A DNA stretch of 32,000 nt from an archaeon (lineage in GTDB: Archaea > Iainarchaeota > Iainarchaeia > Iainarchaeales > CSSED10-239). Both the position numbers and the translations under genes were made by a program. The stretch spans positions 23,875 to 55,874 of the forward strand of contig DAOOUC010000005.1 of the NCBI GenBank assembly GCA_035390665.1, given 5' to 3'. Positions 27,587 through 32,000 of this stretch are shown here, in pieces. The stretch's first letter is position 1. Every line of letters begins with the position of its first letter. Under the pieces are notes generated by a model. That model searched no databases. It was given only the letters and a program-made list of their open reading frames with translations, and was not told the origin of the DNA.

Positions 27587-28762
27587 TTAAGAAGATTTCT
27601 TATAATTTTTTATAACATCTTTAAATGTCTTTTCATATTCAGAAATTACATTTTTCATATCGTGTTTCTTTAACATTTCTTTGTTATTTTTTTTAAATTT
27701 AGAATATAGTTTTTCATCATCAATTAATTTTATAACAGAATTGCTAAAGCCAATTTTATCTTCGACACCAACTAAAAATCCATTGTAATTGTCTTTAATT
27801 AAATATTTTACTCCATTTTCATTTACTCCAACGCACACTAATCCATTTGCTTGTGCTTCTAAGACAGATAAACCAAAGGTTTCAGTTGTTGAAGTAATAA
27901 CAAAAATATCACATGCTCCATAATATCCTTTATTTATTAATTCTTCATATTTTATTGCACCCAATAAAACAACAGAGTCTTTCAATTTTAATTTTTTTAT
28001 TTTTCTTTCAATCTCTTTTCTTTGAGGCCCATCTCCAATTAGCACTAATTTAGTTTCTGGTCTTTTTTGTTGTACTAACTTAAAGCACTCTAGAAGATAT
28101 AAAAGATTTTTTTCATATGCAAATCTTCCAACAAAAAGAAGAGTTTTGCCTTTTGATTTTATTTTCTTTTTAATTTTTAAAATTTCTGATTTTGGAGAAT
28201 TTTTTGTTTCTATACCATTTGATATTACTTTTATTGGCCTTTTACTTCCCCCCTCAATTAATCTTTGTTTAGTTATTTCTGAAGGACAAGTGATTACTTC
28301 ACAAGTATTATAATACATATTGGTGTATTTCCATGCAAGATCAATAACAAAATCGTGATCTAACTTTAAATGTTTTAGATATTCTTTTTCACAAATAAAT
28401 GTGTGATAAGTTCCAACAATTGGAATCTTTAATATTTTTGCAATAATTATGCCTTTCGCTGCAACAGTCCAAGGTGTAACAAAATAAATTACATCAATAT
28501 TATTATCTTTAATATACTTTCTTGTTCTCACACTTATTGGAGAAACCATCTTTAATCCAGTATATATGAAATTAGCTGGTTTACTTTTTACATATCTTAC
28601 TTGAATATTTGGATATTTAAAATCAATATTGTCTTTATATTTTGGAGCAACAAAATAAATTTTATGCCCTTTATCTGCAAGTCCTTTTGCAAGATTAAGT
28701 ACAGCAGTAACTACTCCGTTAATTTGTGGTAAAAAGTTATCTGTAAAAATTGCAATATTCAT
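27587..28762 (-). CDS. Glycosyltransferase, GT4 family
   Basis: 'MNIAIFTDNFLPQINGVVTAVLNLAKGLADKGHKI', 'GRFAYEKNLLYLLECF', 'LVLIGDGPQRKEIE' and 'FVITSTTETFGLSVLEAQANGLVCV'. Start corrected from 28810 to 28762, giving an ATGA overlap with the upstream PRTase gene. Confidence 0.92.
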   Translation of the reverse strand: MNIAIFTDNFLPQINGVVTAVLNLAKGLADKGHKIYFVAPKYKDNIDFKYPNIQVRYVKSKPANFIYTGLKMVSPISVRTRKYIKDNNIDVIYFVTPWTVAAKGIIIAKILKIPIVGTYHTFICEKEYLKHLKLDHDFVIDLAWKYTNMYYNTCEVITCPSEITKQRLIEGGSKRPIKVISNGIETKNSPKSEILKIKKKIKSKGKTLLFVGRFAYEKNLLYLLECFKLVQQKRPETKLVLIGDGPQRKEIERKIKKLKLKDSVVLLGAIKYEELINKGYYGACDIFVITSTTETFGLSVLEAQANGLVCVGVNENGVKYLIKDNYNGFLVGVEDKIGFSNSVIKLIDDEKLYSKFKKNNKEMLKKHDMKNVISEYEKTFKDVIKNYKKSS

Positions 28763-29211
28763 AAACAATGTCCTTTTAAGCACCCTGCTTGATATGGAAA
28801 AGTAATCCACAATGAATCTTTAATGTCCCCTACAAAAAAATCTGGTTTGAAATTGTTTTTCTTCTTTCTATAAAAGACACTTGCAAGAATTATATTTTTT
28901 ACTGCTTTATTTTTCTTAATTACAAGCATTATATCATTAACTGTATCTTCTAAGATATCATCAACTAATAAAACATTTCCCTTAACTGGATAAACTGAAG
29001 AAATATTATCATCAACAGTATATCTTGCACCAAGATATTTTGCAGAAATTACTGCCAGTGGTTTATCTAACACTTCTGATAAGATTTTACCCAGAACTAG
29101 CCCACCTCTACTTATGCAAATAATAATATCTATATCTTTTTTAGAATCTTTTATTTTCTTTGCAAGATCTAAAGAAAGACTTTCAAATTCATTCCAAGAC
29201 ATTGAATACAT
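28759..29211 (-). CDS. Phosphoribosyltransferase (type I PRTase fold, purine PRTase-like)
   Basis: 'IIICISRGGLVLGKILSEVL' and 'KGNVLLVDDILEDTVNDI' (PRPP-binding-type motif). Start could be the ATG at 29202. Confidence 0.82.
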   Translation of the reverse strand: MYSMSWNEFESLSLDLAKKIKDSKKDIDIIICISRGGLVLGKILSEVLDKPLAVISAKYLGARYTVDDNISSVYPVKGNVLLVDDILEDTVNDIMLVIKKNKAVKNIILASVFYRKKKNNFKPDFFVGDIKDSLWITFPYQAGCLKGHCL

Positions 29212-29277
29212 GATATATTATTAAAACTAAATCTTTTAAATACTAACACTTATTAGAAAAAATAAAAAATAAAGAAA

Positions 29278-29523
29278 CTATACAGGACAATCCTCTGGGC
29301 AACTAAGTGGGGTCTCTCCAATTTCATATTCACAAAAGCCATTTCCGCATTTATTTGCTTGCGAAAAATCTGGTCTAGTATAGAAAATTATTGGTTTAAC
29401 ACTTAAGAAACCAAGAGTTGTAGTTGTACTTATTTCTCTTTCTTGTATATATCCTTCTAAGAAAACTGCCGCGCAAACTAATGCAACAATAGTTATCCCT
29501 AGATAGACTGTATTTTTATCCAT
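29278..29523 (-). CDS. Small single-TM protein with C-terminal Cys-rich knuckle
   Basis: 'MDKNTVYLGITIVALVCAAVFLEGYI...NKCGNGFCEYEIGETPLSCPEDCPV', preceded by GGAGG. Confidence 0.65.
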   Translation of the reverse strand: MDKNTVYLGITIVALVCAAVFLEGYIQEREISTTTTLGFLSVKPIIFYTRPDFSQANKCGNGFCEYEIGETPLSCPEDCPV

Positions 29524-29811
29524 ATTTTTCCTCCGCTGTTAGGTTTTCTTTGATTCTTTTAAGCCAAGGAAAGATTTTTGTATTTTAGGCTGCGGGATTT
29601 AAAATCAATAGTTATCCCTATAACTGTTATGCTCTAACTAAAAACAAAAATTTTTCTTTTTAGTGCTTGAAACTTAAAAGAAACGTTTTTTTTCAAAAAA
29701 GTAAATAAAGATAAGAAGAAATCTATTAAATATATTTTCGGTTTGAAAAACAAAAACAAAATAAAAAAGAAAAAGAAAAGACAACCCTTGATTATCTTTA
29801 GAAAATTAATT

Positions 29812-30447
29812 CTAAATTCTTTTAGCTTTTCTTAAAATATTTTTATGAATATAGTCTGATTCTAAAAACTCTTCACCAAGATTGCTATATTTAAATACCG
29901 CTCTTGTTGTCTCCTGTAATATTGCCATACAATCTCCATAATCAATACCATAAGTTTTATTCTCACCTATTGTTTTAATATATTCTTGTCTTAATTCTTG
30001 CACAAACCTATCCTTAAACTTCTGAAAATATGCTCTAGTATTTACTTTAGAAATAGGTTCTCCGCGTCTTGCACTTGCAACTTTTATAAAAGTTCGATAT
30101 GTATTTTTTATGATATCATCTATAGAATAAGAAACTAATCCTCCGAGATTCAATATTTTATTGATTCTTTTGACCATTTCAACATTTTGCCTTTCTTTTC
30201 TTTGATAATTTCTTTGCTGCAATACGCGGCTATTTATTGATTCTTTAGATATTGGCTGAGGCTTTTCGTATTTTTTAGAACTTTCAACTACGGCTTTTTC
30301 AAATTTATTTAATTTATCTATTTTTACTAATCTTCCTGTTTTTGCATCTCTTGCAACCCCTAAAGATAATCTTCCATTTACTGATGTTGTTTTCTTAAAT
30401 ATCTTTTTTTGTAATGGTGTTAATGGGGCTTTTCCTTTTACTGGCAT
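29812..30447 (-). CDS. Hypothetical basic protein
   Basis: 211-aa Lys/Arg-rich ORF on the same strand as its neighbours; no family recognised. Confidence 0.55.
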   Translation of the reverse strand: MPVKGKAPLTPLQKKIFKKTTSVNGRLSLGVARDAKTGRLVKIDKLNKFEKAVVESSKKYEKPQPISKESINSRVLQQRNYQRKERQNVEMVKRINKILNLGGLVSYSIDDIIKNTYRTFIKVASARRGEPISKVNTRAYFQKFKDRFVQELRQEYIKTIGENKTYGIDYGDCMAILQETTRAVFKYSNLGEEFLESDYIHKNILRKAKRI

Positions 30448-30539
30448 GTTTTATTCCTCCGAATTATCATTTATTAAAATTAATATATTAATGATAAATA
30501 GACAGATTTTTAAATCTGCTTTGAAATCAACATCTGATA

Positions 30540-32000
30540 TTAAATTAAATCCTCAAGATCTTTGTTGGCTTCTTGCTTTTTGTCTTCAAAGGATTTTGCA
30601 AGACCTGATAAAGAAACATCAAGATGAGATTCTTGGGATTTTCTTTTTCTTACTTTGAAGAAAACAGGATAAGAACTTGCTTCTCCAACAATTAGTGCTT
30701 CACCTACACGAAGAGATGTTATCATATTAATAGAATTTTGGTCAAGACCTTCGCTTGATTCGCCTATGTGCTTTAAATCATAAGGGTTGGTGATTCTAAG
30801 AATTATATGTGTGTTTGCTTGAGACAATATGGTTGTGGAAAGTTTTACTGGTCTTTGAGAAATTAACCAAACACTTGCTCCAAACTTTCTCCCTTCTCTA
30901 GCTATTGTTTCAAGAATTGTTTTTGCAAGAGCATTTTCTCTACTTGCCATCTCTGGAGCATATTGATGTGCTTCTTCAACTACAAGAGTAAATGGTGGAA
31001 CTTTTGTGTTTTCCATTCTTGCTCTAAACAGTTTGTTTGCAAAATAAGAAAGTATAATTTGTTTTTTCTTTTTATCTATCTCTCTAGAAAGATCTATGAT
31101 TGTTAATTTTCCTGGAGAAACTACATCATTAATTGAAGGATAATCTATTTTATCAAACAAACGATAATGCTCTAAATCAAGAAGTCTATCTTTTAGATTT
31201 TTAATAGTTTTATCTTCTTCTCCTGAATTATCTATTTCTTTAACAATTGTTTGTAAGGAATAAGGGCCAGCACCGTGTTTTTTGTCTTCGTTTAGTTTAT
31301 TTATTATTTTTGATAACTTTATTTTTTGTGGTGCAGTTAATTCAGGAATTAATGTGGAATAGAATCCTGCAGATAAACCGGTGCACCCAATCTTAACATC
31401 CTTTGAATCAATTAAAGTTACCTTATTTGAATAATCAATTTTGGATTTATCGGTTGAGGGATTTGCAAAAGAAGAATATTCTCCGTGTGTATCAAATAAC
31501 ACAACAGCAATTCTGCCTTGCTCTTTTGTTCTATCAAGAAGTTCTTCAATGATAACAGAAGTTAAATAACTTTTTCCTGCACCTGATTGTGCAAGTATTG
31601 CTAGATGCTTTTGTAGCAACCTGTCCATATTAAGAGTAACATCAAGATTTGGGTGCTCAATTGCTCCTAAGAAAACACCAGACTTATCAAAGTGAAGAAA
31701 TTTTCCAAGAACTACTGGGTCTGCTAGATAAACCTTTTGACCTGGAGAAACTGGAAGGTTTGTTCTTGTAAAACCATTAGCAACAGAATAAACACCAAGA
31801 GGCTTAACAACAGCCTCTAGAAACTCCCATTCATCACTTGGAAATAATTTCTTAATATCTACATTATTATTTTCAAAATCTTTAACAGAATCCGAATTTT
31901 CAAAATATCTATTTCTTTTTATAACATCTGTGACAATACCAATAAGTGATCCTTGAGAATAATCAATCTGAATATACTCTCCTTTAAATACGTCATTTTT
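30540..32000 (-). CDS. herA: HerA-type ATPase/helicase, 5' end outside window
   Basis: The frame stays open from 31628 to the window edge (my translation KNDVFKGEYIQIDYSQGSLIGIVTDVI...LADPVVLGKFLHFDKSGVFLGAIEHPNLDVTLNMDRLLQKHLAILAQSGAGKS). Walker A 'AQSGAGKS', 'VVEEAHQYAPE' and 'SQRPVKLS'. Confidence 0.92.
   Translation of the reverse strand, partial: KNDVFKGEYIQIDYSQGSLIGIVTDVIKRNRYFENSDSVKDFENNNVDIKKLFPSDEWEFLEAVVKPLGVYSVANGFTRTNLPVSPGQKVYLADPVVLGKFLHFDKSGVFLGAIEHPNLDVTLNMDRLLQKHLAILAQSGAGKSYLTSVIIEELLDRTKEQGRIAVVLFDTHGEYSSFANPSTDKSKIDYSNKVTLIDSKDVKIGCTGLSAGFYSTLIPELTAPQKIKLSKIINKLNEDKKHGAGPYSLQTIVKEIDNSGEEDKTIKNLKDRLLDLEHYRLFDKIDYPSINDVVSPGKLTIIDLSREIDKKKKQIILSYFANKLFRARMENTKVPPFTLVVEEAHQYAPEMASRENALAKTILETIAREGRKFGASVWLISQRPVKLSTTILSQANTHIILRITNPYDLKHIGESSEGLDQNSINMITSLRVGEALIVGEASSYPVFFKVRKRKSQESHLDVSLSGLAKSFEDKKQEANKDLEDLI

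Noticed and set aside
29585-29640. Possible tRNA or decayed tRNA on the minus strand (TTAGTTAGAGCA ... AAATCCCGCAGCC)
   Set aside because: D-arm-like and 3'-half-like words are present, but there is no matching acceptor 5' strand, no GCTC partner for GAGC, and no 7-nt anticodon loop with a valid stem.
29735-29790. A-rich tract (aaaaacaaaaacaaaataaaaaagaaaaagaaaag) considered as a repeat or CRISPR leader
   Set aside because: It is low-complexity poly-purine without regular repeat units or spacers, consistent with AT-rich intergenic DNA.
30446-30658. Plus-strand 70-aa ORF
   Set aside because: It mostly overlaps the antisense 3' end of herA. The translation has no motif, and the C-terminal Phe/Leu run is typical of reverse-complement Lys codons.

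Overview
AT-rich, gene-dense archaeal chromosomal segment, probably from a DPANN-type or otherwise reduced archaeon (taxonomy is inference from gene content). It is mostly core machinery: RNase Z, LonB protease, PCNA, RFC large subunit, ABCE1, aEF1-beta, a small Zn-ribbon protein missed by the ORF track, tRNA-Arg(UCG), CCA-adding enzyme, Dph2, an AK6-like kinase, a KH-domain beta-CASP nuclease (aCPSF1/FttA type), proteasome beta, an FKBP-type PPIase, a Hel308-like helicase, TruD, aRF1, a GT4 glycosyltransferase, a phosphoribosyltransferase and HerA. I saw no CRISPR array, rRNA, transposase or obvious phage module. The least ordinary parts are: (1) a tandem pair of uncharacterised paralogs starting 18 nt after the tRNA-Arg gene, with a nearly identical 68-nt 3' segment; (2) a four-gene cluster of small proteins with prepilin-like N-termini; (3) a possible JAMM/JAB-like protein between rfcL and the ABCE1 gene; (4) a split bacterial-type L-serine dehydratase whose beta subunit lacks an ACT domain, placed between pcna and rfcL; and (5) all six convergent gene pairs abutting, overlapping or separated by only 13 nt. 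None of these is demonstrated to be a new system.
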